Origin: Verrucomicrobiaceae bacterium
GTDB taxonomy: Bacteria; Verrucomicrobiota; Verrucomicrobiia; Verrucomicrobiales; Akkermansiaceae
Assembly (NCBI GenBank): GCA_051252135.1
Contig: JBPOGH010000003.1
Coordinates: forward strand, 224,001-288,000
Direction: 5' to 3'
Length of the DNA: 64,000 nt
A program made the translations under genes and the position numbers. A model generated the notes under the pieces. That model was given only the letters and a program-made list of their open reading frames with translations, was not told the origin of the DNA and searched no databases. Of the stretch, positions 1 through 10,043 are shown piece by piece (position 1 is the stretch's first letter; every line of letters starts with the position of its first letter).

Positions 1-660
1 CTACCTCTGCAAGGGAGCCAACTCAATGGTCACCCGGCGATTCTGCGCCCGCCCCGACTCACTGTTATTACTTGCGATCGGCTGGCTATACCCTTGGCCG
101 GACACCTGCATCCGGCGGCCATCCACCCGCTGCTGCGCCAAATAACTCGCCACATTCGATGCCCGCGTTGCCGAAAGCCGCTGATTGTAGCTGTATCCAC
201 CCACATTGTCAGTGTGACCCGTAATCGCCACCGAACTGTCACGATAACGATAAAGCACCTTCGCCACCGAGTTCAGCACCGGGAAAAAATCAGGACTAAT
301 CCGGGCTTCTCCCGTAGGAAACGTGATATCACTCGGCATATTCAACACGATCCGGTCGCCATTACGACTCACCCCCACTCCCGTGCTCGCCAACTCCTGA
401 CGAAGCTCGGCCTCCTGCCGATCCATGTAATTTCCATACGCTCCACCCGCCAACGCCCCGATCGCCGCGCCACGCACCGCCTTCTGACGGCTGTCATTTC
501 CCCCATCACCACTCAACGCACCCACCCCGGCACCCAAAAGCCCGCCCAACACCGCTCCGGTCGTCGTCTTGGACGCACCCGGCACACCGGTATAAGGGTC
601 AGTCGTCTGACAGGAGGTCACAGCCAGGGCACACACAAGGGAAAGAATCGGAAGTTTCAC
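1..660 (-). CDS. OmpA-family lipoprotein with glycine zipper (YiaD-like)
   Basis: GTG start; lipobox-like VTSC; glycine zipper GAVLGGLLGAGVG...GAAIGALAGG; OmpA-C motifs GHTD, LSxxRA, NRRV. Confidence 0.9.
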   Translation of the reverse strand: MKLPILSLVCALAVTSCQTTDPYTGVPGASKTTTGAVLGGLLGAGVGALSGDGGNDSRQKAVRGAAIGALAGGAYGNYMDRQEAELRQELASTGVGVSRNGDRIVLNMPSDITFPTGEARISPDFFPVLNSVAKVLYRYRDSSVAITGHTDNVGGYSYNQRLSATRASNVASYLAQQRVDGRRMQVSGQGYSQPIASNNSESGRAQNRRVTIELAPLQR

Positions 661-794
661 GTCCCCAGTTTACCGGCGATCACCCAAAATGCAAAAAAGG
701 ATTTCAACCAGACCCCAATCCCACTCAAAATAATTTTTTCCTAAAATCCCTCTTCACGCCTCACCTCTCAGGAACATCTCCTTAGAAACACCCC

Positions 795-1349
795 ATGACC
801 TCCGATCCTTCCAACGACCACGGCGCCGAGTTCAGCCGACTCCTCGTGGCCAACCAAAAACGCATCCTCGGGTTCATCTACACCCTCGTTCAGGATCGTA
901 ACGCTGCCGAGGATGTCCTTCAGGACGTCTCCGCCATCCTTTGGAAAAAATTCGATCAATTTGAACGCGGCACCGACTTCGCCGCCTGGGCCATGTGCGT
1001 CGCCCGCTTCACCGTCCTCAACTGGCGCCGTAAAAAACAAAAACTTCCCATCGCGCTCGAGGACGACACCCTCGAATTCCTCGCCGACCAGGCCGTCGCC
1101 GAACTCTCCTGCCCCGAGGACGACCGCCAAGCCGCCCTCCAGGAGTGCCTCCGCCGCCTCCCCTCCAATCAACTCGACCTCATCCGCTCCCGCTACATGC
1201 AAGACCGTGATGTCACCGAGATCGCCTCCACCGAAAAACGGAGCGTCCGCTCCATCTATCTCCGCCTCGAAAAAATCCACACCGCCCTCCTCGACTGCAT
1301 CGAGAGCAAGCGCTGGCAACACCCCCTGGAAAGAGAAGGTTCCCAATGA
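795..1349 (+). CDS. ECF sigma-70 factor, Rhodopirellula/Verrucomicrobium type
   Basis: 184 aa; AEDVLQD, LWKKFDQFERGTDFAAW region 2, ALQECLRRL region 4; ATGA overlap with the next gene. Confidence 0.9.
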   Translation: MTSDPSNDHGAEFSRLLVANQKRILGFIYTLVQDRNAAEDVLQDVSAILWKKFDQFERGTDFAAWAMCVARFTVLNWRRKKQKLPIALEDDTLEFLADQAVAELSCPEDDRQAALQECLRRLPSNQLDLIRSRYMQDRDVTEIASTEKRSVRSIYLRLEKIHTALLDCIESKRWQHPLEREGSQ

Positions 1350-2908
1350 AATCCCGTATCGACCAACTCGCCGACCTCACCCGTCGCGACGCTCTCACCG
1401 CTGACGACCAGCAAGAGCTCAACGCCCTCCTCAAGCGTGACCCCGAAGCACGCCAACGCTTCGTCGGACACCTCCTCCTGGAGCACGACCTCCGGGAACT
1501 CAACGAACTCCCCCACGACAAACCGGCCAACATCACCCGCTTCCTCATCCCCGCCCTCATCGGACTCGCCGCCGCCATCACCCTCCTTGCCTCATTCTTC
1601 TGGAAGGCCGACGTCACCCCACCCGCAATCACCGACACCCCCGGGGAAGAACCCTTCCTCACCAGCGTCGCCGTCGTCCGCCGCGTCTCCGATCTCGGGG
1701 ACCAATCCACCACCCTCCGCTCCGGCCAGGTCATCCAACCCGGCACCATCGAGGTCTCCTCCGGACTCCTCCAGCTCGATCTTCACAACGGCGTCTCTCT
1801 TGTCGTCGAAGCCCCCGCCCAATTCGACATCATCTCCTCGGACCTCATCCACCTCGCCCACGGAAAAATCCGCGCCCAGGTCCCCCCACCCGCACAAGGC
1901 TTCCGCATCGAAACCACATCCTTCGACATCGTCGACCTCGGAACCGAGTTCGCCATCTCGCTCGACTCCAATGGCAAAGGCGAACTCCACGTCATCGATG
2001 GCGAGGTCGAACTCTACCAGAAAACCTCCCCCAACAAAGCCGCCCAACTCCTCACCGCAGGACACGGCGTCGGCCTCGACCACACCGGAAAACAAACCAA
2101 AATCCAGGTCAATCCCGCAAATTTCGCCGACTCCAAAACCCTCCTCGAAGGCAGCCAACGCCAGCGCCTCCGCTGGCAAACCCACTTCACCGCCCTCGCC
2201 AAAGACCCGGACACCGTCGCCCTCTACGACTTCCAGCCCCTCAACGGCGCCCTCCCCAACCTCGCCACCAACGCCGCCCCGGACTCCCAGGGAATCATCA
2301 TCGGCTGCTCCTCCGTCCAGGGCCGCTGGCCCGACAAAACCGCCCTCTCCTTCAGCAACCCCTCCCACCGCGTCCGCACCAAAATCCCCGGCACCTTTGA
2401 CACCCTCACCTTCGCCACCTGGATCAAAGTGGAATCCCTCTCCCACGTTTCAATCCCTCTCATCCAATCCCAGCGCACCGATGGCCGCAGCCTCACCTGG
2501 GACCTTCGTAAGAAAGGACAACTCACCCAGGCCCTCGCCTTCTTCAGCGACGTCGTCGGCGGTGCCGGCCACCAGGACCAAACCTACAAATACCTCTCCG
2601 CCAACCCCGCTCTCAGCGACTCCCAATTCGGCACCTGGATCCACCTCGCCGTCACCATCGATAATCACAACAAGCAACTCGTCCACTACGTCAATGGACA
2701 GATTCTCCAAACCCTACCCATCAACACCCCCCACCCGCTCGTGATCGGCATCGCCGATCTCGGCAACTGGCCGTCCCGCGATTGGGCCAAAGGAACCAAA
2801 TGGGAAATCCGTCACCTCATCGGAAGCATGGGCGAGTTCCTCATCAGCCAACGCGTCTTCTCCCCCCGCGACATCCGCCGCCTCCACGCCGCCGGAAGCC
2901 CCGAGTAA
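1346..2908 (+). CDS. FecR-domain anti-sigma factor with C-terminal LamG/concanavalin-like domain
   Basis: Single TM segment (FLIPALIGLAAAITLLASFFW); FecR motifs VDLGTEF and HVIDGEV; LamG-type TFATWIK, WIHLAVT, YVNG. Confidence 0.85.
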   Translation: MKSRIDQLADLTRRDALTADDQQELNALLKRDPEARQRFVGHLLLEHDLRELNELPHDKPANITRFLIPALIGLAAAITLLASFFWKADVTPPAITDTPGEEPFLTSVAVVRRVSDLGDQSTTLRSGQVIQPGTIEVSSGLLQLDLHNGVSLVVEAPAQFDIISSDLIHLAHGKIRAQVPPPAQGFRIETTSFDIVDLGTEFAISLDSNGKGELHVIDGEVELYQKTSPNKAAQLLTAGHGVGLDHTGKQTKIQVNPANFADSKTLLEGSQRQRLRWQTHFTALAKDPDTVALYDFQPLNGALPNLATNAAPDSQGIIIGCSSVQGRWPDKTALSFSNPSHRVRTKIPGTFDTLTFATWIKVESLSHVSIPLIQSQRTDGRSLTWDLRKKGQLTQALAFFSDVVGGAGHQDQTYKYLSANPALSDSQFGTWIHLAVTIDNHNKQLVHYVNGQILQTLPINTPHPLVIGIADLGNWPSRDWAKGTKWEIRHLIGSMGEFLISQRVFSPRDIRRLHAAGSPE

Positions 2909-2918
2909 CTCCCTCAAA

Positions 2919-5426
2919 ATGACCCGCCGTCTCACCCTCCTCACCCTCTTCATCGGCAGCCTCCACGCTCAGGTCGAACAACCTGACCGCGTCGCCACCA
3001 TGCCCGATAAGCATCAGGAGATTCTCGAGTTCTACTGCTACGAATGTCACGACTCCGCCGAGGCCGAGGGCGGACTCAACATGGAAGAACTCTCCTTCCA
3101 CATCAGCAAGGACATCCCCACCGCCGAGCGCTGGCAGAAAATTCTCAACGCCATGAACTCCGGCGAAATGCCGCCCAAGAAAAAGGACCAACTCACCGAT
3201 CAGGAAAAGACCGTCTTCCTCGATGACCTCTCCAACCAAATGGTCCTCGCCCGCCAAATCCTCAGCGACAACGGAGGCCAAATCACCCTCCGCCGTCTCA
3301 ACCGCCGCGAATACCTCAACACCGTCGAGGACCTCCTCGGCGTCCGCCCCGATGCCTCCACCCTCCCCAGCGATGCCGGATCCGGATTCGACACCTCCGG
3401 AGCCGACCTCTTCTTCTCCAGCGACCAACTCGAACAATACCTCGCCGTCGCCCGTGACACCCTCGAGCTCTCCTTCTTCGGCAAGCCCCCATCAACGCCC
3501 AAAACCACCCGCGTCCAACCCGAGGCCGACGTCACCAAACAATACACCGACTACCTCGCTAAGCTCGAAGACGTAAAATCCCGCGCCCAAAAACTCATCG
3601 CCGACCCCTCCCTCGACGCCAAAAAACTCGGCTTCATCGACCTCTACCAAGCCAAGCGGCAGCTCAATTCCTACAAGGACTACTCCCCCCAGCTCATCGA
3701 ATACCTCAACCGCCCCGAGACCAAAACCGGAGCCACCCTCATCCTCACCATCAAAGGAGGAGGCCCAACCCGCGTCAAGGTCGCCTCCCTTGGCCCCCAG
3801 GAAGGAGGCACCTACACCATCCGCGCCCGCGCCGCCGCCTACACCGAAGCACCCCTCCGCCTCCAATACCTCGAACTCACCGGCCGGGAAGGCCAAAATG
3901 CCGAACGCCTCGGATGGCAAAAAATCACCGGCTCCCTCGAAAACCCCTCGGAAGTCGGCTTCACCTTCACCCACCCCACCGGATCCAAAAGAACCTACTA
4001 CCTCCACCAACGCACCCACCAGGACCGCGGCGATAAAAACCTCTGGGCCGAATACCGCCAAAAAAATGGCCTCGGCACCCCTCCCGGAGTCTGGGTCGAC
4101 TGGGCCGAAATCACCGGCCCCCAACCCAATCCCGACTTCGGAAAACAAACCGCCCAAATCTTCTTCGAACAACCGACCGACCTCAGCGAAGAACAATACG
4201 CCCGCGAAATCCTCCGCCGCTTCGCCACCCGCGCCTTCCGCGGAGAAGAACCCACCACCGAATTTCTCGACAAGCTCCTCGCCCAATATCAAGCCAACCG
4301 GGAGAACGGCGAAACCCTCAAAAGAGCCATGGTCGGACCCATGTCCATCATCCTCGCCTCACCCGGTTTCATCTACATGGTCGAGTCCTCCGGCAGCGAA
4401 GCCCTCACTGACCGCGAACTCGCCATCCGCCTCTCCTACTTCCTCTGGTCCACCGCCCCCGACACCGAACTCCTCGCCCAAAACCTCTCCGACCCCGTCA
4501 CCCTCCGCGCCCAAACCGAACGCCTCCTCCGCGACCCCCGCGCCGACCGCTTCATCCGCGGCTTCACCTACCAATGGCTCCAGATGGAACGCCTCGAAAT
4601 GTTCCAATTCGACGCCCGCAAATACGAGGACTTCGATAACGCCACCCGCGAATCCGCCGGCGAAGAAATCTACGCCACCATCCACGCCCTCTTCAAAGAG
4701 CGCCTCCCCCTCCACAACCTCCTCAAGTCGGACTTCATCATCATCAACGACGCCCTCGCCGACTTCTACGGCATCCCCGCCATCGAAGGCTCCCACTTCC
4801 GAAAAGTCGCCCTCCCGCAAAATGACAAACGCGGCGGCCTCCTCGGCACCGTCGCCGTCCTCGCCATGGGATCCGATGGCCTCCGCTCCTCACCCGTCGA
4901 GCGCGGCGCCTGGGTCCTCCGCCACCTCCTCAACAACCCGCCTCCTCCTGCCCCTCCCAACGTCCCCCAACTCGGACGCCTCGCCGGACAAGCCCTCTCC
5001 GCCCGCGAACTCCAAAAGGCCCACCAGGAAGCCCCCCAATGCGCCCAGTGCCACCAAAAGATCGACCCCATCGGCTACGCCCTTGAGCACTTCGATGCCT
5101 CCGGAAAATGGCGCGAACAGGAAACCGTCTTCCACGGCAAACGAAACACCGACACTACCCTCTTCCCCATCGACCCCTCCGGCGAGCTCTCCGATGGCAC
5201 CAAATTCAAGGATTACTTCGAGCTCCGCGACGTCGTCGCCAGCCGCCCCGACGCCTTCGCCCAAGGCTTCTCAAAAGAACTCATCGCCTACGGCCTCGGC
5301 CGCCCCTTCGGCTTCACCGACTTCACCCTCGCCGAGGAAATGGTCACCCAAGCCAAGGAGCGGAATTACGACCCCAACGAGTTCATCCACACCCTCGTTC
5401 AATCCAGGAAATTCCAAACCAAGTGA
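2919..5426 (+). CDS. DUF1592/DUF1588-family (PSD/PSCyt) cytochrome c-containing protein
   Basis: Signal peptide; CYECH and CAQCH heme motifs; GEMPP, LRRLNRREY, ELAIRLSYFLWS, RGGLLG, SSPVERG, IDPIGYALE motifs. Confidence 0.9.
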   Translation: MTRRLTLLTLFIGSLHAQVEQPDRVATMPDKHQEILEFYCYECHDSAEAEGGLNMEELSFHISKDIPTAERWQKILNAMNSGEMPPKKKDQLTDQEKTVFLDDLSNQMVLARQILSDNGGQITLRRLNRREYLNTVEDLLGVRPDASTLPSDAGSGFDTSGADLFFSSDQLEQYLAVARDTLELSFFGKPPSTPKTTRVQPEADVTKQYTDYLAKLEDVKSRAQKLIADPSLDAKKLGFIDLYQAKRQLNSYKDYSPQLIEYLNRPETKTGATLILTIKGGGPTRVKVASLGPQEGGTYTIRARAAAYTEAPLRLQYLELTGREGQNAERLGWQKITGSLENPSEVGFTFTHPTGSKRTYYLHQRTHQDRGDKNLWAEYRQKNGLGTPPGVWVDWAEITGPQPNPDFGKQTAQIFFEQPTDLSEEQYAREILRRFATRAFRGEEPTTEFLDKLLAQYQANRENGETLKRAMVGPMSIILASPGFIYMVESSGSEALTDRELAIRLSYFLWSTAPDTELLAQNLSDPVTLRAQTERLLRDPRADRFIRGFTYQWLQMERLEMFQFDARKYEDFDNATRESAGEEIYATIHALFKERLPLHNLLKSDFIIINDALADFYGIPAIEGSHFRKVALPQNDKRGGLLGTVAVLAMGSDGLRSSPVERGAWVLRHLLNNPPPPAPPNVPQLGRLAGQALSARELQKAHQEAPQCAQCHQKIDPIGYALEHFDASGKWREQETVFHGKRNTDTTLFPIDPSGELSDGTKFKDYFELRDVVASRPDAFAQGFSKELIAYGLGRPFGFTDFTLAEEMVTQAKERNYDPNEFIHTLVQSRKFQTK

Positions 5427-5444
5427 ACCTTCCCTCCCTTCAAA

Positions 5445-5505
5445 GGGCCAACGGCCCGACCTCATACCAGCCCAGGTTGCAGCGACGCAGGAGCGGAGGC
5501 CTGGG
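5445..5505. repeat. REP-like palindromic element (copy 1)
   Basis: GGGCC-AAC-GGCCC hairpin followed by CATACCAGCCCAGG...CCTGGG; same architecture as the copies at 7104 and 7318. Confidence 0.65.
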
Positions 5506-5682
5506 AACCCACAACCCCGGGAAAAAGCGGGAGCCCTTGATCTGACCTCACCAAAACATCCCCCCGACCGCACCCCTTAAAAATCCTCCTCAGTCACCGA
5601 CCTTCCCTACGACTACGACTCCATCATCGGAGGACCCATCCCGATGACCCCTCTAACAAAAATCTGAAAACTTAAACACCTC

Positions 5683-6981
5683 ATGAAAACCAACCGCCGC
5701 GCCGTTCTCAAAAGCGCTTCCGCCATGATCGCGCTCCCCTTCATGGAATCATTCGGATTTCAAAAATTCGCCTCTACCAAAATCGCCGCCGCCCCCAAAC
5801 GAATGATCTTCCTCGGCATGGGCTACGGCGTCACCGCCGACCGATGGTATCCCGACCTCAACTCCGTCGGCTCCGACTACAAAATGCCCACCGTCCTCTC
5901 CCCGCTCGCCAAGCACCAGAAGGACCTCACCATCATCCAAAACCTCATGCACGAGCACTCCCAAGATGGCCATAGCGGCTCCACCTTCTGGCTCACCGGA
6001 GCCAACCGCTACGCCATCGCGGGACAGAGCTTCCACAACACCGTCTCCGTCGACCAGGTCGCCGCCGAGCAACTCGGAAAAGACACCCGCTTCACCTCCC
6101 TCCAACTCGCCGCCAAACAAGGTTCCTCCTCCGGAGCCGATGGCCACGGCCCCGGCTTCTCCCTCGCCTGGAACCGCCAGGGCAAACCCATCGCCGGCCT
6201 TGACACTCCCGTCGCCGCCTTCCACCGACTCTTTTCAAACGACAACACCCCCCTCGCCGAACGCCAAAAGCGCCTCATCGAACAACGCAGCGTCCTCGAC
6301 ACCATCCTCAGCGACGCCCGCTCGGTGAACCGCAAACTCGGAAAAAACGACACCGAAAAACTCGACGAATACTTCCAGTCCATCCGCGAAATCGAAGTCC
6401 GCCTCTCCAAGGAAGAGCAATGGCTCACCATCGAAAAGAAATCGCCCAAAACCCCTCTCAAGGAACCCGGCGAATCCCTCGAAGGCCTCGAGGAAATGCG
6501 CATGATGTACGATATCATGGCCGCCGCCATGGAAGTCGATGCCACCCGCGTCCTCACCTACCGCATGCCCGTCAACTCCCTTATCCAAAGCCTCGGCGCC
6601 TCCATGAGCGCCCACAGCATGAGCCACTACTCCGAGGGCGAACGACGCGACGTCTCCGAATCCCGCGACAAGGCCAACGCCAAACTCCTCGCCGAGTTCA
6701 TCGACAAACTAAAAGCCACCAAGGAAGCCGATGGCTCCAGCCTCTTCGATAACTCCACCATCACCATGGGCACCAACCTCAGCTCCGTCCACACCCTCAA
6801 AAACTGCCCCACCCTCGTCACCGGCGGCGGCGCCGGCATCAACCACGGCCGCCACCTCGTCATGGACGACCCCAAAACCCCCCTCTGCAACCTCTGGCTC
6901 AGCCTCCTCCAAGGCACCGGCATCCAAACCGACTCCCACGGCGACTCCACCGGAAGAATCGACCAGCTCTTCAACTCCTAG
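5683..6981 (+). CDS. DUF1552 (HXXSHH-family) protein, probable Tat substrate
   Basis: N-terminal NRRAVLK..ALPFMES; PKRMIF; SVDQVAAE; KLDEYFQSIREIE; HSMSHY; PLCNLWLS; follows the DUF1592 gene. Confidence 0.9.
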   Translation: MKTNRRAVLKSASAMIALPFMESFGFQKFASTKIAAAPKRMIFLGMGYGVTADRWYPDLNSVGSDYKMPTVLSPLAKHQKDLTIIQNLMHEHSQDGHSGSTFWLTGANRYAIAGQSFHNTVSVDQVAAEQLGKDTRFTSLQLAAKQGSSSGADGHGPGFSLAWNRQGKPIAGLDTPVAAFHRLFSNDNTPLAERQKRLIEQRSVLDTILSDARSVNRKLGKNDTEKLDEYFQSIREIEVRLSKEEQWLTIEKKSPKTPLKEPGESLEGLEEMRMMYDIMAAAMEVDATRVLTYRMPVNSLIQSLGASMSAHSMSHYSEGERRDVSESRDKANAKLLAEFIDKLKATKEADGSSLFDNSTITMGTNLSSVHTLKNCPTLVTGGGAGINHGRHLVMDDPKTPLCNLWLSLLQGTGIQTDSHGDSTGRIDQLFNS

Positions 6982-7103
6982 GGGCTACCTCACAAACCTG
7001 AGCCCTCATTCATCTCCCCAGACCAACCGTTTCTCCCCTTGACCCAATGGCACTCGGATCAAAAAGCTCATCAAAAAAGACCGATCCTAAGATGATTCCC
7101 AAT

Positions 7104-7376
7104 GGGCTGAAGGCCCTATTCAAACCAGCCTAGGTCGGAGCGCAGCGCAGGCCTAGGTCCACATCGTCGAAAAATTCATGGGCAAGCCATTGACGTCGCT
7201 GCGGATACCGTCAACCCGCAGCCCTTCATTCCAGCCGCGCCTCCGCCGCACGGCCCTCGAGCACCCGATTTCCTCATCGACCTGCCTCAGCTCGGCCAAG
7301 GATTCGCATTCCATCAGCCTCGGCCTGCGCTCGTTTCTCGCTCCAACCCAGGCTGAAATAGGTTTGGCCTTCAGCC
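7104..7376. repeat. Inverted pair of REP-like elements (REPIN-like doublet)
   Basis: 7104-7157 GGGCTGAAGGCCC..AAACCAGCCTAGG..CCTAGG; 7318-7376 on the minus strand reads GGCTGAAGGCC..TTTCAGCCTGGG..GAGCGCAGGCCGAGG. Confidence 0.65.
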
Positions 7377-7505
7377 AAAAGAAAGGGACCGGACGGGGTG
7401 AAGACGATTGTGCATCGGACCCAAGAATCCTTTTAGCCCTTCAATTTTGGATGAAAGATGAAGTTTGCGATTCATGAGCTAAAGCGAGTAACATCTCCAA
7501 AAACC

Positions 7506-8891
7506 ATGTCCCTCCGTCTCCCCCTCTCTCTATCCCTCCTTCTCCTCCTCCCCCTCAAGGCCGGACTCTTCCTCGGGCAGGGAACGATGAGCGGCGAAGC
7601 CAGCGACACCAGCATCTTCCTCCAAACGCGCCTCACCTCCGCCACCGAACTCGACGCCACCGGCGACCTCCCCGGAGCCCCCGGCATGGTCGCCTTCGAG
7701 TGGAGCCTCAACGAAAACTTCGACCCCTCTTCCACCACCCCTTTCCAAAAAGCCGAAGCCGATCACGACTTCATCGTCCGCTCACAACTCAGCGAATTAA
7801 AACCGGGCACCACCTACTTTTACCGCGCCCACTACGGGTCCTCGGAGGCCGACCTCCAAACCAGCCCCACCGGCACCTTCAAGACCCACCCCGGAGAAAC
7901 CAGTGACGCCGCAGTGCGCTTCATCATCGGAAGCTGCATGAACTACAACAAGTTCCTCCACGGAAAAAAAGCCAACTCCAGCGGCCCCCTCACCGCCACC
8001 CCGGAAGACAAGCGCCTCGGCTTCCCCGCCTTTGTCGCCATGGCCGCCGAGAAGCCGGACTTCTTCGTCGGCACCGGAGACATCGTCTACTACGACAACC
8101 CCTTTCGTAATGCCGGGACCATCCCCGAGCTCCGCAAGTGCTGGCACGAGCAGTTCCGCTTCCCGCGCATGATCAACTTCTTCAAAGACGTCCCCACCTA
8201 CTGGTCAAAGGACGATCACGACTTCCGCTTCAACGATTCCGACAACACAAAGGACCGCCTCCCCCTCCCCGCCACCGGAATCGACATGTTCCGCGAGCAA
8301 CTCCCGCTCCCCGAAAAAAGCTACCGCACCATCCGCGTCAGCCGGGACCTCCAAATCTGGCTCACCGAAGGCCGCGACTTCCGCTCGCCCAACAAGATGA
8401 AAGACGGCCCCGACAAAACCCTCTGGGGCGCCGAACAAAAAGCCTGGCTCCAAAGCACCCTCAAAGCCAGCGATGCCAAATGGAAACTCCTCATCTCGCC
8501 CACCCCCCTCGTCGGCCCCGATGACGCCTACAAAAAGGACAACCACGCCAACCTCAAAGGCTTCCGCCACGAAGCCGACGCCTTCTTCAACTGGCTCGCC
8601 GAAAACAAGATCGAAAACTTCATGACCTTCTGCGGCGACCGCCACTGGCAATATCACAGCATCCACCCCAACGGCATCCACGAGTTCGCCTGCGGCGCCC
8701 TCAACGATGAAAACTCCCGCCTCGGCCGAAAACCCGGCGACAAAAAAAGCACCGACCCCGACGCCCTCATCACCCAATCCTTCATCTCCCCCGAACCCAG
8801 CGGCGGCTTCCTCCTCCTCACCGCCGGCAAGCAACTCACCATCGAGTTCCGCGACGACTCCGGCAAAGAACTCTACCGCGTGCAAAAGTAA
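7506..8891 (+). CDS. Alkaline phosphatase D (PhoD)-family protein
   Basis: Start moved to ATG 7506 (MSLRLPL signal); FN3-like LKPGTTYFYR; GSC, GDIVYYD, DDHD, GDRH motifs. Confidence 0.85.
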   Translation: MSLRLPLSLSLLLLLPLKAGLFLGQGTMSGEASDTSIFLQTRLTSATELDATGDLPGAPGMVAFEWSLNENFDPSSTTPFQKAEADHDFIVRSQLSELKPGTTYFYRAHYGSSEADLQTSPTGTFKTHPGETSDAAVRFIIGSCMNYNKFLHGKKANSSGPLTATPEDKRLGFPAFVAMAAEKPDFFVGTGDIVYYDNPFRNAGTIPELRKCWHEQFRFPRMINFFKDVPTYWSKDDHDFRFNDSDNTKDRLPLPATGIDMFREQLPLPEKSYRTIRVSRDLQIWLTEGRDFRSPNKMKDGPDKTLWGAEQKAWLQSTLKASDAKWKLLISPTPLVGPDDAYKKDNHANLKGFRHEADAFFNWLAENKIENFMTFCGDRHWQYHSIHPNGIHEFACGALNDENSRLGRKPGDKKSTDPDALITQSFISPEPSGGFLLLTAGKQLTIEFRDDSGKELYRVQK

Positions 8892-8904
8892 CACCCTAAG
8901 GAGA

Positions 8905-8922
8905 GTGGGCATTCCTGCCCGC
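8905..8922. repeat. Short extragenic palindrome (second REP-like family)
   Basis: GTGGGCA-TTCC-TGCCCGC hairpin just after the PhoD-family stop codon. Confidence 0.45.
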
Positions 8923-8984
8923 TTCCCCCAACCCAAGCCACAACCAAATCTCCCCCTCCCTCCATCTCTCAATCACCAGAAGCC

Positions 8985-10043
8985 ATGTCCCTCCCTCTTT
9001 CTCTCCTTCTCCTCTCCCTCTTGTTCACCAGCGTCCACGCCGCGCAGTTCGTCCTCCTCTCCCTCGGCAAGGATCGACAGATCGCCACCTACGCACTCGA
9101 TCCCGCCAAAGGAACCCTCACCCTGAAGGGCAGCATCGCCACCGAGGGCAACCCCTCCTGCATGACCGTCAACAAGTCCCAAACCCGACTCTACGTCGCA
9201 CTCAAGGGCGCCGACTCCATCGCCACCTACAACATTGCCACTGACGGAAAACTCGCCCACCTCAGCGAAACCAACATCGGAGCCGCCGCCTCTTTCCTCC
9301 ACGTCCACCCCTCCGCAAAATTCCTCCTCAGCTCCTACTACCAGGCCGGAAAAGTCGCCGTCCATCGCATCAACCCGGACGGCACCCTTTCCGAAAAGCC
9401 CACCCAATTCATCGCCACCGACGAGCGCGCCCACTGCATCACTTCCCACCCCGATGGCTCCGCCGTCTTCGTCCCCCACACCCGCCCCAACGCCATCCAC
9501 CAATTCCACTTCGACGCCCAAACCGGCACCCTCACCCCAAACGACTACGTCTCTCTTACCACCGAAGAAAACACCGGCCCACGCCACCTCTGGTTCCATG
9601 CCTCCGGAAAGTTCGCCTACGGGAGCAACGAACAAGGTTCCAGCATCACCGCCTACCGCTACATCCCGGGCATGAGTTCCATCGGAAAATTCCAAACCCT
9701 CACCACCCTTCCTCCCGAAGGATTCGCGGGGAGAAATTCCACCTCCGACATCGAAGTCCACCCTTCCGGAAAGTACGTCTACATCGCCAACCGCGGCTAC
9801 AACGCCATCGCCAGTTTCTCCCTCGATCAAACCGATGGCAGCATGGGCCCCGTCGAGCACACCCCCACTGAACCCGTCACCCGCTCCTTCAACATCACTG
9901 CCGATGGCAAACACCTCATCGCCGCCGGCCAGCAATCCGGAAATCTCGCCGTCTTCGCCATCGACGATGTCGGCAAACTCACCCGCACCCAGACCCTGAA
10001 AGCCGGCAAAAACCCCTGGTGGGTCCAAACCATCACCCGCTAG
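8985..10043 (+). CDS. Lactonase-family 7-bladed beta-propeller (6-phosphogluconolactonase-like), secreted
   Basis: Signal peptide; AHCI, GPRH, YIANRG, TRSF motifs. Confidence 0.88.
   Translation: MSLPLSLLLLSLLFTSVHAAQFVLLSLGKDRQIATYALDPAKGTLTLKGSIATEGNPSCMTVNKSQTRLYVALKGADSIATYNIATDGKLAHLSETNIGAAASFLHVHPSAKFLLSSYYQAGKVAVHRINPDGTLSEKPTQFIATDERAHCITSHPDGSAVFVPHTRPNAIHQFHFDAQTGTLTPNDYVSLTTEENTGPRHLWFHASGKFAYGSNEQGSSITAYRYIPGMSSIGKFQTLTTLPPEGFAGRNSTSDIEVHPSGKYVYIANRGYNAIASFSLDQTDGSMGPVEHTPTEPVTRSFNITADGKHLIAAGQQSGNLAVFAIDDVGKLTRTQTLKAGKNPWWVQTITR

Noticed and set aside
1437..5580. Long Pro/Ser/Thr-rich alternative-frame ORFs (e.g. 1437-2744, 3790-5580) and Gly/Val/Glu-rich antisense ORFs throughout the window
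   Set aside because: Shadow ORFs caused by high GC and extreme third-position bias; they overlap well-supported genes and lack motifs.
5608..5620. TACGACTACGACT short tandem repeat
   Set aside because: Only two units; not distinguishable from chance.
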